Notes: generated from the letters alone by a model not told the origin. 63,805 nt of DNA, filler included, from Octopus bimaculoides (GCF_001194135.2; 8 parts of 8 records of this genome joined end to end with filler, not necessarily neighbours in it); one strand, 5' to 3'. Positions 37,347 through 48,645 are shown, numbered from the whole stretch's first letter. Numbers and translations: made by a program.

Positions 37347-39150
37347 CGTTTTGCAAACAACTTGCTCATGCAAGTGCTATCAGTCGAAAGCTCCGCATAC
37401 CGGAAGCCAGCAAGTGTATGGGGTCATCAGGAGAGAATGCGTGCCATTTCGAGGCCTACCTCTCGACGGTATCATTTCGTACCGGCCCCACCTCACTGAT
37501 ATGCGGCCCTGCTTGCTAGATCAACTGGTTATCAAATAAAGCTCAATATTCAAGCTATCGATCATCGTCTCTTTTTAACCAATTCCAGTGGCTAGCCATT
37601 TCCAGTGTGGTTTGGATATCGTTCATGGTGGCATTCACTTCACAATGAGTTAGGCCTAACGATAACAACAGTCGCCTCACACTGTGTCCAACAAATCTAC
37701 AGCTGACTTCGATTGGAAAATGCTCCGCTTTCCAGCCTGCGTCTTCACATTCCTCGAGGAGGTTTTGCATAACGGTCAATTTTTCGAGTCTGCGCGGCGT
37801 CCATGTTGTCTTCATAAGGAATCGTTAATTCGACTAAATTCACCACTTTCTTTCTTTCACACCACATTATAACATCCGGTTTTTTCGGAACTGAGATGAG
37901 AAAGAATCCTTGGCACCCTGGTAAATCTGCAGCCACCTGCCAATAGTGGCTCACAGGAAGTTTCTTCTTCTTCTTCTTCTTATAACGGATCTGCTGTCCT
38001 GAGCACACGAAGGTAATGAAATCTCTGGTTGGTTCTTTCATCGGTTTTTTTCCACTGTTGATGAGAGCGATTTGGTTCTTTATAGCATTGAAGATAACCT
38101 TAAGGACCAAGTTGTGTGTCCATGTATATCTATTCGATGCTAATGAACAGTTAGAAATAATATGTTTCAGTGTTCCGACCTTTCCGCATTTGCATATATC
38201 ATCCTCTGAGACGTTCTATCTTACTAGATGTATAGGCGAAGGCAAGATATCATAGATTGGAACGAGATATGGTGGTGGACTACATCTTAGCCGAGATGTA
38301 GTCCACCGCCATATCTCATTTCAACTTATTTTTCTCTCAACGACGTGTTCCTCCCATCTCGTCATCTGTCCCTGTTGAGAACATTGGATCAAATGAAGCT
38401 CTTCTCTGTTTCCCTTATTTTGACGCTGTTTCTAACAACAGATCTGCGTTCGCTCTGCATCATACTTGCAAACGGTCTGAACCGTTCTGCGCCAAAACCA
38501 AGTCCCTTTCGATGAATTTGCGTTGCATCCACCATATCTCTGTGTATAAGAGAAGACAAAATGTCATCAGTCTCTACTTCTGCTTTCCACTTCCTGGCCG
38601 TTTTTACATCTGGTGGATTACGCCTGATTTCTATGTCCCTCTACTCTATCAGCCTCATCACCGTTCGTACGTTCCCTAGTTTATAAATTTCGACTATTGA
38701 TGCCAGTGGCAACTGAAATGAGCCTCTTTTACGATAGAGAGCTGAATTGTTCAATATCCGAGATAGACCTAGCCACTTTCTAATGACCACATTACATTTT
38801 TGTTCCATGATTTAAACTTGCGATAGTGCTACATCGTGTATTAAAAGTGGCCACGAAAGTCGCAGATACAAGCCGAACTGTAAACACCAAATTTTATATT
38901 TACCTGGAAGCTTTGAGTTGTCAATTGCTGTTAATCCAATCTCGACTTGTTTCATAATTTGCATCCCGTGACTCCTATCTGACAATGTTTCAGCGTATAC
39001 TCGCCTCAAGCTCTTGACGGATTCTTTCTTGATTGTTGGAATGCTTTCTTTAACTTTTTGAAACTCTACTTCTTTCTGCACTCCCTTAATAAATGTCAGA
39101 CTACGCGACTTTTTCGCTCTGAAATGCATCCTTGAACACTTGTAGCCTCA
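37346..39150 (-). mobile_element. Hero-clade (restriction-like endonuclease) non-LTR retrotransposon, 5'-truncated and degenerate
   Basis: LPGKYKIWCLQFGLYLRLSWPLLIHDV; QGQMTRWE..RKISWNEIW; YDILPSP..CKCGKVGTLKHI.SNC..RYTWTHNLVL; KPDVIMWCERKKVVNLVELTIPYEDNMDAAQTRK; GWKAEHFPIEV. Confidence 0.88.
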
Positions 39151-39160
39151 AGATATAGAC

Positions 39161-39222
39161 CAGCGGTTCTCAACCCTTTTATTTAAATGAGTTTTCCCAC
39201 AGACCCCTTTTAATATGCTTAT

Positions 39223-39230
<8 letters not shown>
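39161..39230 (+). mobile_element. hAT/Charlie-like terminal fragment
   Basis: TAGAC CAGCGGTTCTCAACC...CCCTTTTAATATGCTTATCCTTATAT. Confidence 0.55.
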
Positions 39231-39268
<38 letters not shown>

Positions 39269-39310
39269 TTAGTAAATGGAGTAAAACGCATATGTTAACT
39301 GAATATTTTT

Positions 39311-39400
39311 ATTTCCAACATATGTTTCGAAGATTATAAATTATACCTTCCATAGGAATAGGTGATGTTGATAAGAATATAATCTTCTCTTCAGGGAAAT
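39311..39400 (-). ncRNA. Type I minimal hammerhead ribozyme motif (intact core)
   Basis: ATTTCC CTGAAGA GAAGATTATA [loop] TATAATCTTC GAAAC ATAT GTT GGAAAT. Helix I is 6 bp and helix II 10 bp; helix III is the palindrome ACATATGT; the cleavage triplet is GUU. Confidence 0.8.
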
Positions 39401-39978
39401 GCACGGGAACCAGCTTAAACGTAAGACATTTTAACCGAATATGAGAACTGTAGTTGGAGCATCTCACTCGGTTAATAAAAGAGTTTGTCTTACTAATAAG
39501 TTGTTTAAGGAATGTATTATTTGGTGGAATAGGTGGAATAGCAAAGATCACAATGTATTCTTTAGTGGAATAGGTGGAATAGCAAAGATCACAAATTAAC
39601 TGTTGTGTAACTCCTGTTTATGAGGTAGAAACTCCTCATAAACAGGAGTTACACCACAGTCATTTTGTGATCTTTGCTACCCTGGTATCTATTAACCATT
39701 TTATTTTGTCCGAGTTAATTATTAACTAAGAGAAAATAAATACATATAATAAAATATATTTTAAACAGGCCCTTAAAAAAACCTGCTAATATAATAGTTA
39801 CCACAAATGGAGTTATTCAACAACAACGCATCTCTGAAGGATATACCTATTCCACCAAATAATACATTCCTTAAACAACTTATTAGTAAGACAAACTCTT
39901 TTATTAACCGAGTGAGATGCTCCAACTACAGTTCTCATATTCGGTTAAAATGTCTTACGGTTAAGCTGGTTCCTATGT

Positions 39979-40064
39979 ATTTACCTGAAGAGAAGATTAC
40001 ATCCTTATCAGCATCACCTATTCCTATGGAAGGTATAATTTGTAATCTTCGAAACATATGAAAT
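39979..40064 (+). ncRNA. Hammerhead ribozyme motif, degenerate copy (cleavage triplet deleted)
   Basis: ATTTAC CTGAAGA GAAGATTACA [loop] TGTAATCTTC GAAAC ATATG AAAT; a 4-nt deletion at the cleavage site relative to the left copy. Confidence 0.7.
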
Positions 40065-41020
40065 AAAAGTATTCAGTTAACATATGCGTTTTACTCCATT
40101 TACTAAATTTANNNNNNNNNNNNNNNNNNNNNNNNNNNNNNNNNNNNNNNNNNNNNNNNNNNNNNNNNNNNNNNNNNNNNNNNNNNNNNNNNNNNNNNNN
40201 NNNNNNNNNNNNNNNNNNNNNNNNNNNNNNNNNNNNNNNNNNNNNNNNNNNNNNNNNNNNNNNNNNNNNNNNNNNNNNNNNNNNNNNNNNNNNNNNNNNN
40301 NNNNNNNNNNNNNNNNNNNNNNNNNNNNNNNNNNNNNNNNNNNNNNNNNNNNNNNNNNNNNNNNNNNNNNNNNNNNNNNNNNNNNNNNNNNNNNNNNNNN
40401 NNNNNNNNNNNNNNNNNNNNNNNNNNNNNNNNNNNNNNNNNNNNNNNNNNNNNNNNNNNNNNNNNNNNNNNNNNNNNNNNNNNNNNNNNNNNNNNNNNNN
40501 NNNNNNNNNNNNNNNNNNNNNNNNNNNNNNNNNNNNNNNNNNNNNNNNNNNNNNNNNNNNNNNNNNNNNNNNNNNNNNNNNNNNNNNNNNNNNNNNNNNN
40601 NNNNNNNNNNNNNNNNNNNNNNNNNNNNNNNNNNNNNNNNNNNNNNNNNNNNNNNNNNNNNNNNNNNNNNNNNNNNNNNNNNNNNNNNNNNNNNNNNNNN
40701 NNNNNNNNNNNNNNNNNNNNNNNNNNNNNNNNNNNNNNNTATATTTATCTTAGCATCAATGATAGAAGAAAGCATAAAGAATTCCATAGCTTTGTTCCCA
40801 TGCAACAAAAATTTGTTTCAAAAAAGTAATGATGTAAAATATCATGAAAAAAATATAAGTAAGGCAAAAAATTGGATTTAAGTATAATTAACTTTCTTAT
40901 TTTAAAAACAAAGTATATTTTGATTAAGCTTAAATGATAGAGCTCAATTCGAGGAATTTCATAGTATCCATCTCATGCAATAAAGTTTTAAAAGAAAAAC
41001 TTAGAAATAATATTTCTAAG

Positions 41021-41858
41021 AGAGAAATAATATTCTTAAGATTATAAACCTGGAAAAGTACAGGACAAGTTATTACACTTGGAAAAGTTCAGGACAATTT
41101 ATTACACCAGGTAAAGTAGAAAACAAGAAAATTCTTACTTAAAATATTGCAGCTAAGGATAAAATTTGAATATTAAAAATTATTTGATCTTAATTAACAA
41201 CGTAACATTATAATTAAAAAAGGTACCATCATTTTGCTAAAATATTGACACACTAGTATACTTAAAAATGAGAGCCAGAAGTACCAAAGCTAAAGTTTTA
41301 TGCAAAGTAGAATATTATATATGGTAGGCATATTCATTATGTAAAAAATAGGCATTGGGTCAAGACTAAAAATGTGAAGACTTGGTTATAACTTAGGCAA
41401 TAACTCAAGAAAATATACTGTGAATTTGTTGTTATAGGTAGATTTTACTGTAATATATAACTAACTTTTATATTATTCTATTTATTTTATTAATCATATA
41501 CAACTATTATCTTTTATAACCTATTTTCAAATTTCTAATAGTTAATTATTAAAAACATGAATTTTTTTTTTTTTTTTGAATTGCAAAAAATATTTTGAGT
41601 TATTTTTTTTAAAATAAAAGTAACAAGTAATAACAAATAGAAGTAATAACTTGTAATAAAATTTTTAGTTGTAATAAAAGCTAATAGTTTCTAAATCTAA
41701 ATATTTTATTTGAAACTTTATCCTTAGCTGCAATATTTTAAGTAAAAATGTTCTTGTTCTGTACTTTACCAGATGTAATAAGTTGTCCTGAACTTTTCAA
41801 AATGTAATAGCTTGTCCTGTAATTTTCCAGGTTTATAATCTTGAGAATATTTTTCTTG
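41021..41858. mobile_element. Foldback-like element: ~150-bp inverted arms with 29-bp internal subrepeats
   Basis: 41021-41170 matches the reverse complement of 41712-41858 (shared core CTTAAAATATTGCAGCTAAGGATAAA). Subrepeat TGGAAAAGT(A/T)CAGGACAA(G/T)TTATTACAC. Confidence 0.65.
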
Positions 41859-43119
41859 CTCGTATTTTTCCATGTAATATAGACATGAAAACTCAGATAT
41901 ACATACAAGGAGTACCTAAATGAAACTGTGATGGTAATGACTTTACTGATGATATTGATAACATGAAGTGAAATAGCTTCCAATGATGCTCCAAATCGGA
42001 TAGTAGGGCATCGTGTGTGCGAAATGGTGCTTGTAACAACGGCGTGAAGCATGATTTGAATTTGGAAGCAAACAGGAATGTGATTTTATTATTTTGTTTA
42101 TACCTAAGTGAAATGAAAGAAAAGGATAAAGAAACTGAAACTCAAAACAGTTCACTAAGAAATTAATACGTGTTACATGATACGAAAAACTTATGCAGAA
42201 ATAACACTCATACACAACCAGAAATAAAAATGAAAAGAGAAGTGGAACAATAAACAATCATAAGCAAAATGGTAAACCGACAAGTAAAAACAAATAAAAA
42301 AGACAAAAACATAATTCTGTTCATAGTGTTTGTTGTAAGAGTTGAATAGAATGTTAAAGATAAACAGAGCAAAAGCGGAAAAAAAGTTTGCATTTGTCCA
42401 GCTAGGCGGAAACTGTTGTTAAAGGACCTGCTGTTGTTAAGAGTTTTCTTAGCAAAGATGAAGGCAATGAACCCTTTTTTCGCTTTCTGTCAATATTTAT
42501 TAAGGCCGACTTTATAGAATAAAAGGTGTAAAGGATGTTTTGTTTTTCTTTTAATGATATAACAACTGTGAAATGGTCTCTGGCAAAAGTGGCAGAAAAT
42601 ACAAGACGCACTTCTACATAAACACAGGTCACCTTTATAGTAGAAACATTTTTAAAACATTAAACCACTTTATCTATTACCTCTCCTAAATGTCATTTTT
42701 ATTTTGTCGCTTTCTCTTACACTACATCCCTGCTCCAAAGTTATCAATAACAATATGATTATATCTTGTTTATGACAAGACAGACTTACAAGATTTAATA
42801 AAAAGAGCTTTAAAATTACAAGAGAGGGCAGATTAAAATGGGAGAGGGTAGATTAAAATATTCAAAGAGCGATGAAAAGATTGACGGCAGTTATTTTTGT
42901 GGTGATTGGTGAAATTGGTACAACATCTAAATTGCTACCTAAGCGGCTGAAGGATACTGGTATTGAAACTCGCATTGCTGATCTGCAGAGAAGTGCAAAT
43001 CTGTATTCTACGAGAATCCTAAGAACGATTCTTAAGATTCGATGAGTCCTGTTGTCACCAAACCTCAAGGCAACACAATGCTAACTAATAGACTGTTATA
43101 GTCATAAATAACAATAATA

Positions 43120-43495
43120 TTTTCTGTCGACTCCAGTGCTCAAATGGTACTTATCTTATCGACCGCGAAAGGATGAAAGACAAAGATAACCTCGGTGGAA
43201 TTTGAATTCAGAAGGGAAACAGCCGGAAGAAAAGCTGCAAAGCATTTTATCCACTGTGCTAACGATTCTACCAGCTCGAAACTGGAATAATAATTCTCTT
43301 TTCTACTATAGACTCAAGGTCTGAAATTTGTGGGGGAGATTAGTCGATTACATCGACCCCAGTACTCAACTGGTACTTATTTTAAAGATCCCGAACGGCT
43401 GAAAGCAAAATCAACCTTGTGGTCATTTGAACACAGAACGCAAAGGTGGAAGAAATACTGGTAAGCATACTGGTAACGATTCTTCCACGCCACCG
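43120..43495 (-). mobile_element. Two diverged SINE family A copies
   Basis: TGGTACTTAT..ATCGACC..GAAAGGATGAAAG; GCTAACGATTCTACCAGCTCG. Confidence 0.75.
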
Positions 43496-43697
43496 ATGTT
43501 ATCGAAGGGAAATGCAAAGGCCGATACATCTTAGCACCAGTGACGTCACAACTCATTTCTACAGATGAGTGAACTGGAACAACGTGAAATAAAGTGTCTT
43601 GTTCAAGAATACAACACACAGCCCGGTCCGGGAATCGAACTCAGAAACTCACGATCGTAAGTTCGACGCTCTAACCACTGAGCCATACACCTTCACA
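43495..43697 (-). mobile_element. SINE family D, 3'-truncated
   Basis: CAACTCATTTCTACAG..AAATAAAGTGTCTTG..GGGAATCGAACTC..CTCTAACCACTGAGCCAT. Confidence 0.8.
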
Positions 43698-43740
43698 TGT
43701 ATGTATGTATGTATGTATGCATAATCATTATTATTATTAT

Positions 43741-44890
43741 TGTTCAGTAGTTTTATTTTTATAACGTGCTTTCACTTCACTACCGAGAGCAGCTCTGTGC
43801 GCCTTGGGTATGTGCTGTGGTTTGCTCTGTGGTGCTCTTATGTTTACTGTATTGAAAGTGTTTTGCGTAGAATGTGTGCAGTACCCAGTAGTGCAATTTT
43901 CTGTATGCTATATATATTTGTAAGTCCTGATGTTTTTGTTATGTATTTGTCTGAATATTTTTTTATTATATCTAAGGCACCTACTATGATAGGAATTGTT
44001 NNNNNNNNNNNNNNNNNNNNNNNNNNNNNNNNNNNNNNNNNNNNNNNNNNNNNNNNNNNNNNNNNNNNNNNNNNNNNNNNNNNNNNNNNNNNNNNNNNNN
44101 NNNNNNNNNNNNNNNNNNNNNNNNNNNNNNNNNNNNNNNNNNNNNNNNNNNNNNNNNNNNNNNNNNNNNNNNNNNNNNNNNNNNNNNNNNNNNNNNNNNN
44201 NNNNNNNNNNNNNNNNNNNNNNNNNNNNNNNNNNNNNNNNNNNNNNNNNNNNNNNNNNNNNNNNNNNNNNNNNNNNNNNNNNNNNNNNNNNNNNNNNNNN
44301 NNNNNNNNNNNNNNNNNNNNNNNNNNNNNNNNNNNNNNNNNNNNNNNNNNNNNNNNNNNNNNNNNNNNNNNNNNNNNNNNNNNNNNNNNNNNNNNNNNNN
44401 NNNNNNNNNNNNNNNNNNNNNNNNNNNNNNNNNNNNNNNNNNNNNNNNNNNNNNNNNNNNNNNNNNNNNNNNNNNNNNNNNNNNNNNNNNNNNNNNNNNN
44501 NNNNNNNNNNNNNNNNNNNNNNNNNNNNNNNNNNNNNNNNNNNNNNNNNNNNNNNNNNNNNNNNNNNNNNNNNNNNNNNNNNNNNNNNNNNNNNNNNNNN
44601 NNNNNNNNNNNNNNNNNNNNNNNNNNNNNNNNNNNNNNNNNNNNNNNNNNNNNNNNNNNNNNNNNNNNNNNNNNNNNNNNNNNNNNNNNNNNNNNNNNNN
44701 NNNNNNNNNNNNNNNNNNNNNNNNNNNNNNNNNNNNNNNNNNNNNNNNNNNNNNNNNNNNNNNNNNNNNNNNNNNNNNNNNNNNNNNNNNNNNNNNNNNN
44801 NNNNNNNNNNNNNNNNNNTCTTCTTCTTCGTATTTGTTAGGTAGATTGATTTCTTGTTTGTATTTGTCAGCTTCCTTAAATACTGAAAAC

Positions 44891-44892
<2 letters not shown>
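43741..44892 (-). mobile_element. R4/Dong-like element (subfamily 2), 5'-truncated, spanning a gap, (TAA)n on both sides
   Basis: TIPIIVGALDIIKKYSDKYITKTSGLTNIYSIQKIALLGTAHILRKTLSIQ*; SVFKEADKYKQEINL after the gap. Confidence 0.8.
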
Positions 44893-44948
<56 letters not shown>

Positions 44949-44961
44949 TACTATTATTATA

Positions 44962-45197
44962 AAGACAGCAAGCTAGCAGAATCGCTAGTACGCCAGGCAA
45001 TATGTTTCGCAGCACTTCGTCAATATTTACGTTCTGAGTTCAAATTCCGCCGAGGTCGACTTTGCCTTTCATCCCCTCAAGGTCAATGAATTAAGTACCA
45101 GTTACGCACTAGGGTCGATGTAATCGACTTATCTCCACCCCCAAAATTTCAGGCCTTGTGCCTATAGTAGAAAGGATTATTATTATTATTGTTATTA
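44962..45197 (+). mobile_element. SINE family A with (TTA)n tail
   Basis: GAGTTCAAATTCCGCCGAGGTCGACTTTGCC..GGCCTTGTGCCTATAGTAGAAAGG then (ATT)n. Confidence 0.88.
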
Positions 45198-47560
45198 TGT
45201 GAAAACTCACAGCTTATTTTGCCGGAAGGTGTTGGCTGTTCACAGCCAGCAGACCAGGGTGACACTTATTTACTGGTCATGTTTCAAGAACCCTGCGAAG
45301 AATTCTTGCAGTTCGAAGTAATGCTGATTTTTGTAGGTGTTCTACATTCACACTTGCACCAATCTTTTTCAGCCACGTTGGTAGTTGAGCAATACCAATT
45401 ACTATTGGTATCATGTCTACTTACTTCATTGACCACAACCTTCGTATTTCCCACTTCAAATCGTCACAGTTGTTTATTTTTTATTCTTTCACATTGATCT
45501 TGTTGTCACGGGGGCATGCTATGTCGATTATCATACATGTTCTATCTTTGTTATTCACCACAACAATGTCCGGTTTCCGATGTCTGGTCGGGTGATCGCA
45601 TTATATCATTGCATCCCACAGGATTTTGCAATTCTCATTTTGCTGANNNNNNNNNNCCACAGGATTTTGCAATTCTCATTTTGCTGACTACTTCTGGAGT
45701 TTTCTCATACCACATCTTTGCTCTTTGTAGGCCGTGATTTCCACAGAGCTCCCGATGGATCATTCTTGACACATTGTCAGGGCGTTTTTTGTATTCATGT
45801 TGTGCCAATTTCGGGCATTTGCTAACGATGTGCCAAACCGCTTCACCCCTCTCACCACACATTCTGCATTTGTCGCTATCGATAGTGTTGTCTATTCTGC
45901 ATATAGTTGATCCTTAACGATTATTCCTGAGTTACGCATATGAGTGCTTCTGTTTATATCTCGAGGTCACTCCTCCATAGCTACCGGTTCTCTGAACCTG
46001 TCTTGGTGTTCACATCTCTTGCAAACTGACCGTACATTTTTCCTTCCATGCATCTTCTTTATTTTTTTTAATTGTTCATATCTTGTTTAAATTTTTCTTT
46101 CGTTACAGAATTTTCAGTTTTGATGACACCAGTCTTCTTTGTGTATTTCAACAGTGTTGAAACACACGAAGAAGACTGGCTCCACGACATTTTTTATATA
46201 CCGCCCTGAGCTGTTTTCCTATGCTTCAATACAGTCCTGGCAACTGAACAAACCTCTCCCACCCTTTCTTCTCGACAAGTACAGCCTATCGGTGTTACTC
46301 TTAGGGTTGAAGACTCCGTGTACTGTCGTGATTTTTCTGGTCTTGGTATCTATTTTCTTCATTTCTCTCTTTTGCCATTTTATAATTCCCGCTCCATACC
46401 AAAGTGATGCTATTGTCCACGTATTAACTGCTTGGATTTTATTCCAGCCAGTCAATTTTGAGCGCAACACCAACCTGTCTTCGGAAATACACCATCCTCA
46501 GTTGCTCTTTCATTTCCTTTTCCATTATCTCGTTGAACTCTAGTACACCAAGGTATTTGTATCTTGTTTCAATTTGTTTAATCAAGTCTCTATTAGGAAT
46601 TCTATCCTTGCTAGCGACTGCACCTTGCCACTTTTTAGGTAGATTATTCCGCACTTCTTGAGTCCAAATTCCATTCCAATATCAGTACTAAAACACTGGA
46701 CTGTGTTCACCAAGGAACTCACTAGCAACATACAGTTTCAAATCATCGATGAAGAGGAGGTGGTTGATTGTTTGGGATTTTTCCTTTAGTTGGTACCCCA
46801 GGTTCATTTTCCTAAGTACCAAGGTCAGAGTATCATGCAGAGAACAAAAAAACAGCTAAGATAGGCTATCACTCTGGAAAATCCCTCTTCTGATACCCAG
46901 GGTGTCCAAGCTCTTTCCGTAAGATGTCAGTTCAGTTTTCCATCCCATCATACTTCTCTTCAGGAAACACGCTACATTCCTCGCAATTCCAAACAGATCT
47001 AAGCACTCGATGATCCACGAATATGGAATCATATCACAAGCTTTGCAATAGTCAATTCAGGCCATTCCAAGGTTTGTTCTTCGTTTACAATCTTGCATTA
47101 CCATTTTGTCTATCAATAGTTGATCTTTCGTACCTCTGCATCTCCTTCTACAGCCTTTTTCTTCCGTTGGTAATATATCGTTCTCATCAAGAAATTTATA
47201 CAGTTCTTCTGCAATTCCTCCTAACAGTAACTTCCACATTAACGGGAGGCAGGAAATTGGTCTGTAATTTCCAGCAGCATTTCCCTTTTATGCATTTTGA
47301 GGCATCCTTCAGGCAAAACACCTTTCGCCCTTTTGTCAACCAGCTCGGGATTTCTTCTTCTCCATTGATCAATGCATTAAATTGGTCTGCGATCAATTTA
47401 TGGCAACTACTGAACATTTTTATCCAAAATCCCTGTACACCATCATGTACTGCTGCTTTCCAATTGCTTATCTTTTTACTCATATTTCTGATACTGTCTT
47501 CTGTGAAGTGGATAGCCTCTTGCTGTTTACTTCAAGCTGCAGAGTCCTTCAGCTATAGTA
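45198..47560 (-). mobile_element. R4/Dong-like non-LTR retrotransposon (RT, zinc finger, RLE), 5'-truncated and degenerate
   Basis: NWKAAVHDGVQGFW; [19 protein letters not shown]; YKYLGVLE; DRLYLSRRKGGRGL; CGERGEAVWHIVSKCPKLAQHEYKKR; KPDIVVV..IIDIACP; LRTARILRRVLET*. Flanked by (TAA)n. Confidence 0.92.
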
Positions 47561-47567
47561 ATAATTG

Positions 47568-47611
<44 letters not shown>

Positions 47612-47760
47612 GAGTGAGAGAGCAGCGCATAGCATCAAAGAGACACTGGTAAACTTCATGCATTACAACCATATGTGCGCAACATGGTGATCTCATATCA
47701 AGATAAACAGCGCGTGAACTTGCAGGTAGGGCCCAGTTAGAATTTTCTTCAGATCGAGTA
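47612..47760 (-). mobile_element. Short (TAA)n-tailed element (probable 3' UTR of another R4/Dong family, or a dependent SINE)
   Basis: Homologous to 58268-58448 (TATCTTGATATGAGATCACC; CTCTCACTC then (AAT)n). Confidence 0.65.
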
Positions 47761-48602
47761 TATTATTATTATTTTTATTATATTTCATAAAGATTGACGT
47801 AATTCTTCACGAAAGTGAATAGACAATAAGAGCGCGATGCGATTGTGATTGTAATAAACTGCTTATTGGTTTGAATGATATTTCGACAGTTCCTCTATCT
47901 TTTTCAAGTTCAAAATGTAAAATGAAGAAACGCAGAAATTCAAAAATATGAACGAGGAAATCCTGCGTTCCCACTTTGACAGAATGACACAATCAGTTTT
48001 CAATTTTTCAACTGGCAAAAGGAAAAAAAAGAAGAAAAGGCAGAAAAAGGGTAAAAAAAGAGAAAAAAACAGAAAAGGAAAAGAAAAAAGAATATTTAGT
48101 CGAACAGATTTGTGTAAATACGATGAAATTCACCTGTTATTTCATTCATTCCTCCAGAGCGTAATATTAATAACTCATAAACATATTTCTCCTCATGCAT
48201 TTTGAGGACTGAAAGTGTAGTAGATTCAGAATATTTTCTGAGAATGTGCATTTTCAAGTTTCCTCAAAACTGCAGCCGTTTGATGTAAAATGTGTGGCAA
48301 GTTCTGTCGAACTACTGTTATTGTGCCTAACATCATACCCGTGCCCATTGAATCTCTTGTTGTACAACCAGCATAAAGCAAGTGTTTCAGTAATCCCTTA
48401 TATCTGTACAAATCTGTTTTATCCTCAAAAGTTGCGATTTTGGATTTGACCGAATTATATGATGTGGAGGTAAATGTGGGATGACGCGAGCTTGCAAAAT
48501 AATTCTGTCACTATTCTGCCTCCAGAAAACTTAACTTTTCTCTTTTTCCGTTCTTTTTTTCTCCTCCCCCAAAATTGCTGCCCTTGTGGCAAAATTTGAA
48601 AC

Positions 48603-48644
<42 letters not shown>

Positions 48645-48645
<1 letters not shown>

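Larger units (their letters stand above)
39264..40111. mobile_element. Inverted pair of internally deleted Penelope-like copies
   Basis: ~270-bp inverted arms (39264-39538 and 39846-40111). ORF start MELFNNNASLKDIPIPPNNTFLKQLISKTNSFINRVR resembles the SLKNIPIP..YLKxLIxKxExFIxRMRW start of Penelope-like ORFs. Hammerhead motifs are in both arms. Confidence 0.8.

Noticed and set aside
40740-42850. Possible mitochondrial insertion (AT-rich, hydrophobic frames)
   Set aside because: No recognisable mitochondrial protein, tRNA or rRNA motif under the invertebrate mitochondrial code.
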